The notes below the pieces were generated by a model. It was not told the DNA's origin. It was given only the letters and a program-made list of their open reading frames with translations, and did not search any database. From assembly GCA_019747815.1 (NCBI GenBank), contig JAIEQJ010000056.1, forward strand, positions 17,797 to 81,796: a stretch of 64,000 nucleotides of DNA. The letters run 5' to 3'. Below, piece by piece: positions 38,701 through 48,025 of the stretch. The position numbers and the translations under genes are program-made. The DNA is from Hyphomonadaceae bacterium. GTDB lineage: Bacteria; Pseudomonadota; Alphaproteobacteria; Rhizobiales; Hyphomicrobiaceae. Within the stretch, counting starts at the first letter, position 1. Each line of letters begins with the position of its first letter.

Positions 38701-39533
38701 CCGGGCGCGAGCACACCCATCTCGCCATTCCGAAGGCGGATGAAAAGATCCGTTTCCGCGACGTGGTCGCGCAGCCGCGCAAGATCATTTCCTCGCCGAT
38801 CTGGTCCGGATTGGAGTCGGAAAAGGTTTGCTACAACGCCGGCTACACCAACGTGCACGAGCTGATCCCTTGGCGCACGCTCACCGGCCGGCAGCAGCTC
38901 TATCAAGATCATCTGTGGATGCGGGCGTTCGGTGAGGCGCTGTGCGTCTACCGGCCGCCGATCGATACGCGCTCGGTCAAGCCGGTGATCCACACCAAGC
39001 CCAATGGCGAGAAGCAGATCGTCCTCAACTTCATCACGCCGCACCAGAAGTGGGGCATCCACTCCACCTACACCGACAACCTGCTGATGCTCACCCTGAG
39101 CCGTGGCGGCCCGATCGTGTGGATCAGCGAGAAGGACGCTCGCATGGCCGGCATCGTCGATAACGACTGGATCGAGGCCTACAACTCCAACGGTGCGCTG
39201 GTTGCCCGCGCTGTCGTCTCGCAGCGCGTGAAGCAGGGGATGTGCATGATGTATCACGCGCAAGAGAAGATCGTGAACGTGCCTGGCTCCGAGATGACCG
39301 GCCAGCGCGGCGGCATCCACAATTCGGTGACGCGCATAGTGGTGAAACCGACGCACATGATCGGCGGCTACGCCCAGCAGTCCTATGGCTTCAATTACTA
39401 CGGCACCATTGGTACCAACCGCGATGAGTTTGTGATCATCCGAAAAATGGCCAAGGTCGACTGGCTCGACCGGCCGACCGCCGATCAGCCGCAACCTCTC
39501 TCCGTCGCTCCCAGAATCGAGGCCGCAGAATGA
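35769..39533 (+). CDS. narG: respiratory nitrate reductase alpha subunit (1254 aa)
   Basis: ATG at 35769 ([11 protein letters not shown]). Signature [30 protein letters not shown]. The track start at 35592 is an over-extension. Confidence 0.95.
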   Translation: [1254 protein letters not shown]

Positions 39534-41053
39534 AGATCCGAGCGCAAATTGCGATGGTGCTGAACCTCGACAAGTGCATCGGGTGTCACACCTGCTCCGT
39601 CACCTGCAAGAACGTCTGGACCAACCGCGAAGGCATGGAATACGCCTGGTTCAACAACGTAGAGACTAAGCCCGGTATCGGCTATCCGAAGGACTGGGAG
39701 AACCAGGAGCGCTGGAACGGCGGCTGGGTGAGGAAGCGCAACGGTAAGCTGCAGCCGAAGATCGGCGGCAAGTGGCGGGTGCTGGCCAAGATCTTCGCCA
39801 ATCCTGACCTGCCCGAGATCGACGATTATTACGAGCCCTTCACCTTCGACTACGACCATCTGCAGAAGGCGCCGGAACTGGAGGCCTTTCCGACCGCGCG
39901 ACCGCGATCGCTTGTGACCGGCGAGCGCATGGAGAAGATCGAGTGGGGCCCGAACTGGGAGGAGATCCTGGGCGGCGAATTTGCCAAACGCTCGGCCGAC
40001 GTCAACTTCGAGGGCATACAGAAGGAGATCTACGGCCAGTTCGAAAATACCTTCATGATGTACCTGCCGCGGCTGTGCGAGCACTGCCTCAACCCGGCGT
40101 GCGTGGCGGCCTGCCCCTCCGGCGCCATCTACAAGCGCGAGGAGGACGGCATCGTCCTCATCGACCAGGACAAGTGCCGCGGCTGGCGCATGTGCGTGTC
40201 CGGCTGCCCCTACAAGAAGATCTACTACAACTGGTCGAGCGGCAAATCCGAGAAGTGCATCTTCTGCTATCCGCGCATCGAGGCCGGGCAGCCCACCGTA
40301 TGCTCGGAGACCTGCGTCGGGCGCATCCGCTACCTGGGCGTCGTACTCTATGACGCTGATGGCATCGAGAAGGCGGCCAGTGTCAAGGACGAGAAGGACC
40401 TCTATCAGGCGCAGCTCGATATCTTCCTCAATCCCAGCGATCCGAAGGTGATTGCCCAGGGGCGCGCCGATGGCGTGCCGGACGCCTGGCTGGACGCCGC
40501 CAGGAAATCGCCGGTGTGGAAGATGGCGATGGAGTGGAAGGTGGCCTTCCCGCTGCATCCCGAATACCGCACGCTGCCGATGGTTTGGTACGTGCCGCCA
40601 CTTTCGCCGATCCAGTCCGCGGCCGAGGCCGGCAAGATGGGCAGCGACGGAGCCATGCCCGACGTGCGTTCGCTACGCATTCCGCTCAAGTACCTGGCCA
40701 ACCTGCTCACCGCCGGCGACGAACAGCCGGTCGCGCTGGGCCTCGAACGAATGCTGGCGATGCGCGCCTACATGCGGGCCAAGACCATCGAGGGTGTGCT
40801 GGACGAGACCATTGCTGCCAAGGTCGGACTGAAGGGCCAGCAGATCGAGGACATGTACCAGATCATGGCGATTGCCAACTACGAGGACCGTTTCGTGATT
40901 CCGACAGTACACCGCGAGCTCGGCGAGGACGCTTACGACCTGCGCGGTTCGTGCGGATTCTCGTTCGGTAACGACTGCTCGGATGGCCGCACCGAAACGA
41001 ATATGTTCGGCGCCCCGAAACAGAGGTCCAAGACCCCGATGGAGGTCACGTGA
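39530..41053 (+). CDS. narH: respiratory nitrate reductase beta subunit
   Basis: MKIRAQIAMVLNLDKCIGCHTCSVTCKNVW, with multiple Fe-S Cys clusters. ATGA overlap with narG. Confidence 0.95.
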   Translation: MKIRAQIAMVLNLDKCIGCHTCSVTCKNVWTNREGMEYAWFNNVETKPGIGYPKDWENQERWNGGWVRKRNGKLQPKIGGKWRVLAKIFANPDLPEIDDYYEPFTFDYDHLQKAPELEAFPTARPRSLVTGERMEKIEWGPNWEEILGGEFAKRSADVNFEGIQKEIYGQFENTFMMYLPRLCEHCLNPACVAACPSGAIYKREEDGIVLIDQDKCRGWRMCVSGCPYKKIYYNWSSGKSEKCIFCYPRIEAGQPTVCSETCVGRIRYLGVVLYDADGIEKAASVKDEKDLYQAQLDIFLNPSDPKVIAQGRADGVPDAWLDAARKSPVWKMAMEWKVAFPLHPEYRTLPMVWYVPPLSPIQSAAEAGKMGSDGAMPDVRSLRIPLKYLANLLTAGDEQPVALGLERMLAMRAYMRAKTIEGVLDETIAAKVGLKGQQIEDMYQIMAIANYEDRFVIPTVHRELGEDAYDLRGSCGFSFGNDCSDGRTETNMFGAPKQRSKTPMEVT

Positions 41054-41805
41054 TGCGCAAGACCCTCAAAGTGCTGTCAGCACTTCTGACGTATCCGACC
41101 GCAGAGTTGCAAGCCGCGGTTCCCGAGATGCGCACGGCCCTCGATGCCGGGGCTCGGCTGCCGCAGAAGAACCGCGATCGTCTCGATCGGATCCTCGAGG
41201 AGATGGCCGTCGGCGATCTCTACGACCTGCAGGAGCGATATGTTCTGCTGTTCGACCGCACGCGCTCGCTGTCGCTGCACCTGTTCGAGCACGTGCATGG
41301 CGAGAGCCGCGACCGCGGCCAGGCGATGGTGGACCTCAAGGCCCTGTACGAGCGCCACGGCCTGTTCATGAGCTCGAGCGAGCTTCCCGATCATCTGCCG
41401 CTGTTCCTGGAGTTTCTCTCGGCGATCCCAGAGTCAGAGGCGTGCGAGCTGCTCGGCGAGACGTCGCACGTGCTGGAAGCGATCCGGCAGCGGCTAAAGA
41501 AGCGCAAGTCCGCGTACTCCTCGATCTTCTCGTGCGCCCAGGCGCTGGCCGAGGCCAAACCGCAAATTGAAGTGGTAGCGGCCCTGTTGAACGAGCCGGA
41601 CGAAGACCCCAACAACCTTGCCGCCCTCGATGCCGCCTGGGAGGAGGAGGAAGTCACCTTCGGCCCCACCGCGATTGCAGCTGCGCAGTGCGGCAAAGAC
41701 GGCCTCGCCGCCAAGCTGCGCGCAGTCCGCCGGCCCGCTCCCGGAATGCCGGCCCCGGAGCCCAAGCGGCCCGTTGTCACCTACACACCGTTCAACCGCG
41801 CCTGA
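41050..41805 (+). CDS. narJ: nitrate reductase Mo-cofactor assembly chaperone
   Basis: YVLLFDRTRSLSLHLFEHVHGESRDRGQAMVDL...ELPDHLPLFLEFLS. 4-nt overlap with narH. Confidence 0.9.
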   Translation: MMRKTLKVLSALLTYPTAELQAAVPEMRTALDAGARLPQKNRDRLDRILEEMAVGDLYDLQERYVLLFDRTRSLSLHLFEHVHGESRDRGQAMVDLKALYERHGLFMSSSELPDHLPLFLEFLSAIPESEACELLGETSHVLEAIRQRLKKRKSAYSSIFSCAQALAEAKPQIEVVAALLNEPDEDPNNLAALDAAWEEEEVTFGPTAIAAAQCGKDGLAAKLRAVRRPAPGMPAPEPKRPVVTYTPFNRA

Positions 41806-41815
41806 GGAGGCGACC

Positions 41816-42550
41816 ATGCGCGAATTCGTCAACTACCTGCTGTTCGGCTGGTACCCCTACGTCTGCATCACGGTGCTGATCCTCGGCAGCATCATCCGCT
41901 TTGATCGCGAGCAGTACACGTGGCGATCCAAATCGAGCCAGTTCCTTCGCCGGCGGCAGATGATGTGGGGCTCGAACCTGTTCCATATCGGTGTGCTGAC
42001 CCTGCTGGTCGGGCACTTCATCGGTTTGCTCACCCCGATCGGGGTGTTCGACACCATCGGTGTCACGCGTGACTTCAAGCAGGTCATGGCGCTCGTCGTC
42101 GGTGGCATCGCGGGAGTGATGGCCTTCATAGGCTGCACGCTGCTGTTGCACCGGCGCCTGATCGATCCACGCATCCGCAAAACATCATCGTGGGCCGATC
42201 TCACTGTGCTCTCGCTGCTGTGGCTGCAGATCGCCCTGGGCCTCATGACCACGATCTGGACGCTCGATCATCTCGACGGCAAGGAGATGCTGAAGTTCAT
42301 GGGCTGGGCGCAGGGCCTCTATCGCCTCAACCCCGGAGCCGCCGATCTGATCCTCGACGCGTACTTCATCTATAAGCTGCATATCGTGCTGGGTCTTACG
42401 CTGTTTCTGATCACGCCGTTTACCCGGCTCGTACACATCTGGAGCGCGCCGATCTGGTATCTGGGCCGGCGCGGTTACCAGGTGGTGCGTTCCAGCGGCC
42501 GACCGACAGCACGGGTCGCCGCGCGCCGCAACGTCCAGCCTGCGGAGTGA
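41816..42550 (+). CDS. narI: respiratory nitrate reductase gamma subunit (244 aa)
   Basis: ATG at 41816 with GAGGAGG upstream. MREFVNYLLFGWYPYVCITVLILGSIIRFDREQYTWRSKSSQF. Confidence 0.93.
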   Translation: MREFVNYLLFGWYPYVCITVLILGSIIRFDREQYTWRSKSSQFLRRRQMMWGSNLFHIGVLTLLVGHFIGLLTPIGVFDTIGVTRDFKQVMALVVGGIAGVMAFIGCTLLLHRRLIDPRIRKTSSWADLTVLSLLWLQIALGLMTTIWTLDHLDGKEMLKFMGWAQGLYRLNPGAADLILDAYFIYKLHIVLGLTLFLITPFTRLVHIWSAPIWYLGRRGYQVVRSSGRPTARVAARRNVQPAE

Positions 42551-42554
42551 CCCA

Positions 42555-43388
42555 ATGACCTGTTCAGTGAAAGGTGTGCTGACGCAGAACTTGCGAAAGG
42601 TGGTGTCGGTTAACGGCGTGGTCATTCGTCACGACGAGATATCCCGCGAGGCGCAGAACCATCCGGCCCCCACGCCGATCGCGGCCTGGACCGCCGCAGC
42701 GCGCGCGCTGACGGTCCGCGAGCTGCTGCTGCAGGAGGCCCGCCGCACCGACATCGATGCGGACCCTTGCACGGATGGTGAGGGGCGCACGGAAACGGCT
42801 GAGGAGGCGTCGATCAGGGCGCTGGTCGAACAGGAGGTGTCCACTCCTGTCCCCGACGAGGCTGCTTGCCGGCGTTACTACCAGCAAAACCTGAAACGCT
42901 TCCGCTCTGCGGACCTCTACGAGGTCGCGCACATCTTGATTGCGGCACGCCCCGGCGACCATGCCGGATACGCTGCGGCGCGTGCGGAGGCGGAGACATT
43001 GACCGCCGCCTTGCGCGACGCCCCGGAGCGGTTCGCCGAATCCGCACGCGCGCATTCGGCATGCCCCTCGCAAGCGGTCGGCGGCAATCTGGGGCAGGTC
43101 TCGCCAGGCGATACGACCCCGGAGTTCGATGCGGCCCTTGCAGCGATGGTACCTGGCGAGACGAGCACCGCACCCGTAGCCTCTCGATTTGGCCATCACA
43201 TCATCCGGCTCGACCGCAAGATCGCGGGATGCCAGCTGCCCTTTGAGCAGGTCCGGGATCGAATCGCTGGCTACCTGATCGACCGGGCACGGCATACGGC
43301 GATCGCTCAGTTCGTCGCGCGCCTCGCCGCGCGCGCGCAAGTCAGCGGAGTCGACCTCCCGACGACCGCAGACCTCAGGGTGAGCTAG
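42555..43388 (+). CDS. parvulin-type peptidyl-prolyl cis-trans isomerase (nar-associated)
   Basis: PpiC rotamase region (YEVAHILI...SACPSQAVGGNLGQVSPGDTTPEFD...SRFGHHIIRL). Lies 4 nt after narI. Confidence 0.8.
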   Translation: MTCSVKGVLTQNLRKVVSVNGVVIRHDEISREAQNHPAPTPIAAWTAAARALTVRELLLQEARRTDIDADPCTDGEGRTETAEEASIRALVEQEVSTPVPDEAACRRYYQQNLKRFRSADLYEVAHILIAARPGDHAGYAAARAEAETLTAALRDAPERFAESARAHSACPSQAVGGNLGQVSPGDTTPEFDAALAAMVPGETSTAPVASRFGHHIIRLDRKIAGCQLPFEQVRDRIAGYLIDRARHTAIAQFVARLAARAQVSGVDLPTTADLRVS

Positions 43389-43397
43389 AAACGCGAT

Positions 43398-43700
43398 ATG
43401 CTGCTTGGAGCCATCATTGCCAATCTCTCCGATGAGACCAGCGTCCTCGAGACGCTCGCGTCGCTTGACGACGTGGTGTTGCTTGCCCGCATGCGCGAGG
43501 CCGCCGCAGCATCTGGCGAGCCCCTCGGCAGTTTCGCAAGTGCGGCCGTGGGATCGTTTGTCGCGCGCGCGGACGACGCTGCGTGGCTGTCCCTGATGGC
43601 CGTAACAAGCAAGGCCGATGATCCGGGCAAGGCGTGCCTCAGATACATCCTCGGGACCGAGATTCCGACGCCGAAGCCATCCTGTTCCTGTCACCACTGA
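43398..43700 (+). CDS. hypothetical protein (100 aa), C-terminus ...PSCSCHH
   Basis: ORF is tightly packed between the PPIase and nnrS genes. No family recognised. Confidence 0.45.
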   Translation: MLLGAIIANLSDETSVLETLASLDDVVLLARMREAAAASGEPLGSFASAAVGSFVARADDAAWLSLMAVTSKADDPGKACLRYILGTEIPTPKPSCSCHH

Positions 43701-43730
43701 CGCTTCACCATTCTGGAACGCACACAGAGC

Positions 43731-44921
43731 ATGCCCACGACGGCCGAACGCGTGCGCACTTACGGCGGCCCGGCGATTCTAAGCTACGGGTTCCGGCCGT
43801 TTTTTCTGCTTGGCGCAGTTTGGGCCGCGCTTGTCGTCGCGATCTGGCTCCCGATGCTCGGGGGTGCGCTCATCCTGCCCACCGCCTTCTCGCCTCTCGA
43901 ATGGCACGTCCACGAACTCATCTACGGCTACGTGCCTGCCATCGTCGCCGGTTTCTTGCTCACAGCAGTTCCCAACTGGACCGGGCGTTTGCCCGTGACC
44001 GGTACTCCGTTGCTCCTTTTGGTGCTCCTTTGGGTCGCGGGTCGATTGGCTATTTTCCTATCCGCGCAAATCGGTGCGGCGGTTGCTGCCGTCATTGACC
44101 TCCTCTTCCTTGCGGCCCTGGGAGCCGTCATCGCACGCGAAATCCTTGCTGGGCGCAACCTTCACAATCTGAAGGTGCTCGCTCTCATTGCCCTTCTCTT
44201 GACCGGCAACACCGTGTTCCACGCCGAATCCCTACTGCTCCACGGTGGCAGCGGCTACGGTATCCGCATCGGCATCGGTGCCGCGGTCCTGCTGATCACG
44301 CTCATCGGCGGTCGCATCGTCTCGAGCTTCACGCGCAATTGGCTTGCCCGGTCGCGGCCGGGGCGCCTGCCTGCGCCCTTCGGCCACTTCGATACAGCCG
44401 CCATCGTCTTTGGCGCATTGGCCATCGCCGCCTGGATCGCCGCCCCTCACGCCGTCACGACCGCGGCCCTTGCAGGGGGAGCAGCGGTCCTTCACGCCGT
44501 GCGCTTGGCACGCTGGGCGGGGCATCGCACGGCAAACGAGCCGCTCGTACTTGTGCTGCATGTCGCTTACGCTTTTCTACCGATCGGCTTTCTGCTCCTA
44601 GCCATGGCGATAGCCACACCCACGCTCGTCGTCTCGACCGGCGCGTTGCATGGTTGGACCGTTGGGGCCATCGGAACGATGACGCTTGCCGTCATGACGC
44701 GTGCCAGCCTTAGAAACACCGGACAGGCGCTCACCGCCTCCGCCGCAATCCAGTTCATCTACCTTGCGGTTATTGCCGCTGCCGCGGCGCGCGTCCTCAG
44801 CGCCTTCGACATGTGGCGCGATCCGCTGTTGATGATTTCCGCCACCGCTTGGGTCATGGCATTTGGTGGCTTTGCGGTCACCTTCGGGCCCTTGCTCGCA
44901 AAGCCGCGCACATCCGGATAG
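43731..44921 (+). CDS. nnrS: NnrS-family haem/copper membrane protein
   Basis: ILSYGFRPFFLLGAVWAAL...WHVHELIYGY...LLTAVPNWTG. 12-TM profile. Confidence 0.88.
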   Translation: MPTTAERVRTYGGPAILSYGFRPFFLLGAVWAALVVAIWLPMLGGALILPTAFSPLEWHVHELIYGYVPAIVAGFLLTAVPNWTGRLPVTGTPLLLLVLLWVAGRLAIFLSAQIGAAVAAVIDLLFLAALGAVIAREILAGRNLHNLKVLALIALLLTGNTVFHAESLLLHGGSGYGIRIGIGAAVLLITLIGGRIVSSFTRNWLARSRPGRLPAPFGHFDTAAIVFGALAIAAWIAAPHAVTTAALAGGAAVLHAVRLARWAGHRTANEPLVLVLHVAYAFLPIGFLLLAMAIATPTLVVSTGALHGWTVGAIGTMTLAVMTRASLRNTGQALTASAAIQFIYLAVIAAAAARVLSAFDMWRDPLLMISATAWVMAFGGFAVTFGPLLAKPRTSG

Positions 44922-44929
44922 AGCGACCA

Positions 44930-45196
44930 ATGGCGGGCCATCCCTTTGAGATCTACCTCGCCTGGTCGGATCGGCATCTAGCCGTCGGACCGGACACAAC
45001 GGCCCTCCACGCCCTGCTGGCGGCCGGCATTGCCATCGAACCGGGCTGCCAGACCGGTGGATGCGGTATGTGCACGATACCCTACGTGGAGGGCGATCTT
45101 CTGCACAAGGATACATGTCTGACTGCCGCCGATCGAAGAAAGTATTTTTGCCCCTGCGTTTCCCGCGCAGCGACCCGCATCGTCTTGGCACTCTAG
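44930..45196 (+). CDS. 2Fe-2S ferredoxin-fold protein (88 aa)
   Basis: ATG at 44930 (MAGHPFEIYL). C-x4-C-x2-C (CQTGGCGMC) plus a downstream CPC. Confidence 0.7.
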   Translation: MAGHPFEIYLAWSDRHLAVGPDTTALHALLAAGIAIEPGCQTGGCGMCTIPYVEGDLLHKDTCLTAADRRKYFCPCVSRAATRIVLAL

Positions 45197-45293
45197 GGAC
45201 CTGTCGGCCGCGGACTTCGACCTGGCCCATCGCGCTCAGTGCGCCCGAATACTCGTCGCCTCGGTTCGTCGGGCCGCTCGATCCGACGCACCC

Positions 45294-45307
45294 TTGATCC
45301 ACGTCAA
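45294..45307. promoter_or_regulatory. Fnr/FixK-type box TTGATCCACGTCAA
   Basis: Perfect palindrome centred about 70 nt upstream of ATG 45371. Confidence 0.6.
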
Positions 45308-45370
45308 GGCCACGCGTCGAGTCTTGGCCGAGCATCATCAAACAAACCGCCACCAAGCACTGCAAAAGCC

Positions 45371-45931
45371 ATGAAAATTGCCGACATCGACGCCTTCTGC
45401 CATCCAGGAGCAATCCAGTTCGCCGTTGCGACGCTCGAGAACTGGGAAAGCCTGTGTGCTGTTCTCCGCGATCTCAAAGCAGAAGGTGTTGAGGTCGAAG
45501 TGTCGGTCATGTTGACGGCAGACGCGCGTGCCACGGCGCGAGCAAGTATTGAAGCTGGCGAGGCAGGCACAGGAGCAGCGTCGGCGCTGCTGGACCATGC
45601 CATCGAATTGCGCTTTCCAGGTTCACAACAGCGCGCCTACTGCACCGCCGGAAAACTTGCTGGTGCGCTCGGCCAGCGTCAGGCCGAAGGTGCACGAAAC
45701 CTCGCGGACGCGCTTACCGGCTGGGTCACCCACCACCAGGCCGTCGAACTCCAAAGTCAAATCGACCGCGGAAGGCTCGTGGTGTGGCTCGACCTGTCGG
45801 AGTCCGAACACCGTGGAATCGTGTGTGGCCGCTTTGTGCGGGCCAGCATCGACATCGTCGAGCTCTGCTCGATCGATCTGCCGCAGGTACGCACTACCCC
45901 GAAGCATCCAGTCGTCCGAGAGCAACAATAG
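45371..45931 (+). CDS. hypothetical protein (186 aa)
   Basis: ATG at 45371 (MKIADIDAFCHPG). By eye, weakly similar to the 60022-60507 product. Confidence 0.55.
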   Translation: MKIADIDAFCHPGAIQFAVATLENWESLCAVLRDLKAEGVEVEVSVMLTADARATARASIEAGEAGTGAASALLDHAIELRFPGSQQRAYCTAGKLAGALGQRQAEGARNLADALTGWVTHHQAVELQSQIDRGRLVVWLDLSESEHRGIVCGRFVRASIDIVELCSIDLPQVRTTPKHPVVREQQ

Positions 45932-45990
45932 CCATCGCATCGGCGCCATTGGCGTCGGCTTATCGCACCAAAGGAAAAGGTTTGAGCCCC

Positions 45991-46833
45991 ATGACGTACA
46001 GGACGATCCTCGTTCACTTGAACGACAAGCGTCGCGCCGAAGCTTTGCTGGAGCCGGCCATCTCCTTGGCCAGTCGGCACAACGCGCACCTGATCGGCAT
46101 GCACGTTTATGCGAGCCTCCCCGCTCCGCCAATCTCCGTGCCCTACGCGTCAAGAGTGCTTGGATCGGTCGCCGCATTCGATCGCCAAGAAACGGAGGAG
46201 ATCGCCGCCACCTTCGCGCGAATGACGGCCAAACAGCCGTTTGTCGCTGAATGGCGAGCGTTGAAAGTGCCGCATGTCGATCTCGCCGCTGTCGTCATGG
46301 ATCATGGCCGCGCCGCCGACCTGATCATCGCCGGGCAGACTCATCCCGATTGGGATTTGTCTCCTTTGATGGACTTTCCCGAGCGCCTGGCGCTCGAAAG
46401 CGGGCGGCCGGTGCTCGTCGTGCCGTATGTCGGTCGCTATCCTGAGATCGGTCGCAACGTCGTGATCGCCTGGAAGGCGGGACGCGAATCTGCGCGAGCA
46501 GCGTTCGACGCTCTTCCAATTCTTACGCAAGCAGAGACGGTACAGATCCTCGAGGTCAAGGAAGGCCGCGGCCGCGACGACGCTGCATCCCTCGCACCCG
46601 ACACCACCATTGCCGCTGCGCTCGCGCGCCACGGCATCAAACCTACCGTGCGGATCTCTGCGGCGGCCGACATCGGTATCGGGGACGAGCTGCTCTCGCG
46701 CGTGGCCGATGCCGGTGCAGATTTGCTGGTGATGGGCGCTTACGGCCACTCGCGCATGCGCGAGCTCGTGTTCGGTGGCGCAACCCGGCACATCGCTCGG
46801 CATATGACTGTGCCGACGCTGTTCTCTCACTGA
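45991..46833 (+). CDS. tandem-domain universal stress protein (280 aa)
   Basis: ATG at 45991 (MTYRTILVHLNDKRRAEALL). C-terminal ...DLLVMGAYGHSRMRELVFGGATRHIARHM. Confidence 0.88.
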   Translation: MTYRTILVHLNDKRRAEALLEPAISLASRHNAHLIGMHVYASLPAPPISVPYASRVLGSVAAFDRQETEEIAATFARMTAKQPFVAEWRALKVPHVDLAAVVMDHGRAADLIIAGQTHPDWDLSPLMDFPERLALESGRPVLVVPYVGRYPEIGRNVVIAWKAGRESARAAFDALPILTQAETVQILEVKEGRGRDDAASLAPDTTIAAALARHGIKPTVRISAAADIGIGDELLSRVADAGADLLVMGAYGHSRMRELVFGGATRHIARHMTVPTLFSH

Positions 46834-46962
46834 CCAGCGGTTGCAAGGTCGACACCGCTCCAATCGGCGATGCGTGCTGATGTCGGTACTGCCAAAGCTG
46901 GGTGGTGAGCGCAGTACCAAACAGCACGCGAGCCATCACACGTGACGGTGGAGGACCTGACC

Positions 46963-47421
46963 ATGCAGGCGACCAATGGTGCCGGAGGCGCAATGTATCG
47001 CTTTCTCGAATGCACGGCTGGTCGCTACATGACCGGCGAGGTGAAAGTCGTCACCCGCAAGCTCACCTTGCGCGAGCTCGGACGCCTATTCGAGATACAC
47101 GATTTCAATGCCTTTCCCGTGCTCGAAGGAGGTCGCCTGCTGGGGATCGTAACCAAGTTCGACTTTCTCAAGGCCTTCCCCCTGACGACCGGGCAGATGG
47201 TGCCGCATTACGACGAGTTGATGCAGAGAGTCGTAGCAGACGTGATGACCGAAGCAGTCGTGCACGTCGAGCCGACCGCACCGCTCACGCGCGTTCTGCA
47301 GATGATGGTCGGCCTCAAAGCCCGCAGCTTTCCCGTGCTCGACTCCCATCGCCAGCTCGTAGGCATGATCTCGCGCGACGACGTCATGCGGGCGCTGACC
47401 GAAGCGACCCGGCAGTGTTAG
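46963..47421 (+). CDS. CBS-pair protein
   Basis: Two CBS repeats (YMTGEVKVV...FNAFPVL; VMTEAVVHV...ARSFPVL). ATG at 46963 follows GGAGG; an in-frame GTG at 46942 is an alternative start. Confidence 0.8.
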   Translation: MQATNGAGGAMYRFLECTAGRYMTGEVKVVTRKLTLRELGRLFEIHDFNAFPVLEGGRLLGIVTKFDFLKAFPLTTGQMVPHYDELMQRVVADVMTEAVVHVEPTAPLTRVLQMMVGLKARSFPVLDSHRQLVGMISRDDVMRALTEATRQC

Positions 47422-47437
47422 GCACAGCTCACCGGCC

Positions 47438-48016
47438 ATGAAGCGCATTTGCATCATACAGGGTCACCCCACGCCCGGAGGCGGACATTTCTGTCACACG
47501 CTCGCCGACGCCTATGCCGAAGGCGCGGCTTCCGCCGGCCACCGGGTGAAGATCATCGCGGTCGCGGACATCGACTTTCCGCTCCTGCGCTCCAAGCAGG
47601 ATTGGGATAGCGGCCAGACTCCGCCCGCGATAGCCTCGGCGCAGGAGACCATTGGCTGGGCCGAGCACCTGGTGCTCATCCATCCCTTGTGGATTGGCAT
47701 GATGCCGGCGCTGCTCAAGGGCTTCCTCGAGCAAGCCTTTCGCCCCGGCTTCGCCATGCGCATGTCGGCAACGGGCGGCTGGACCAAGCTGTTGACTGGG
47801 CGCAGCGCACGCGTGGTCGTCACCATGGGCATGCCGGCGCTGATCTACCGCTGGTACTTCGGCGCGCACGGGCTCAAGAGCCTGACCCAGAACCTGGCGC
47901 TCGTCGGCATCAAGCCGAGCCGCCACACGCTGATCGGAATGATCGAAGGCATGACCAACGAGAAGCGGCGCAAGTGGCTCGAACACCTGCGTGACCTCGG
48001 ACGGCGTGGAGGATAG
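47438..48016 (+). CDS. flavodoxin-like-fold NAD(P)H (quinone) oxidoreductase
   Basis: MKRICIIQGHP...AEHLVLIHPLWIGMMPALLKGFLEQ (Flavodoxin_2/NQO-like). Confidence 0.8.
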   Translation: MKRICIIQGHPTPGGGHFCHTLADAYAEGAASAGHRVKIIAVADIDFPLLRSKQDWDSGQTPPAIASAQETIGWAEHLVLIHPLWIGMMPALLKGFLEQAFRPGFAMRMSATGGWTKLLTGRSARVVVTMGMPALIYRWYFGAHGLKSLTQNLALVGIKPSRHTLIGMIEGMTNEKRRKWLEHLRDLGRRGG

Positions 48017-48025
48017 ATAGCAGCT

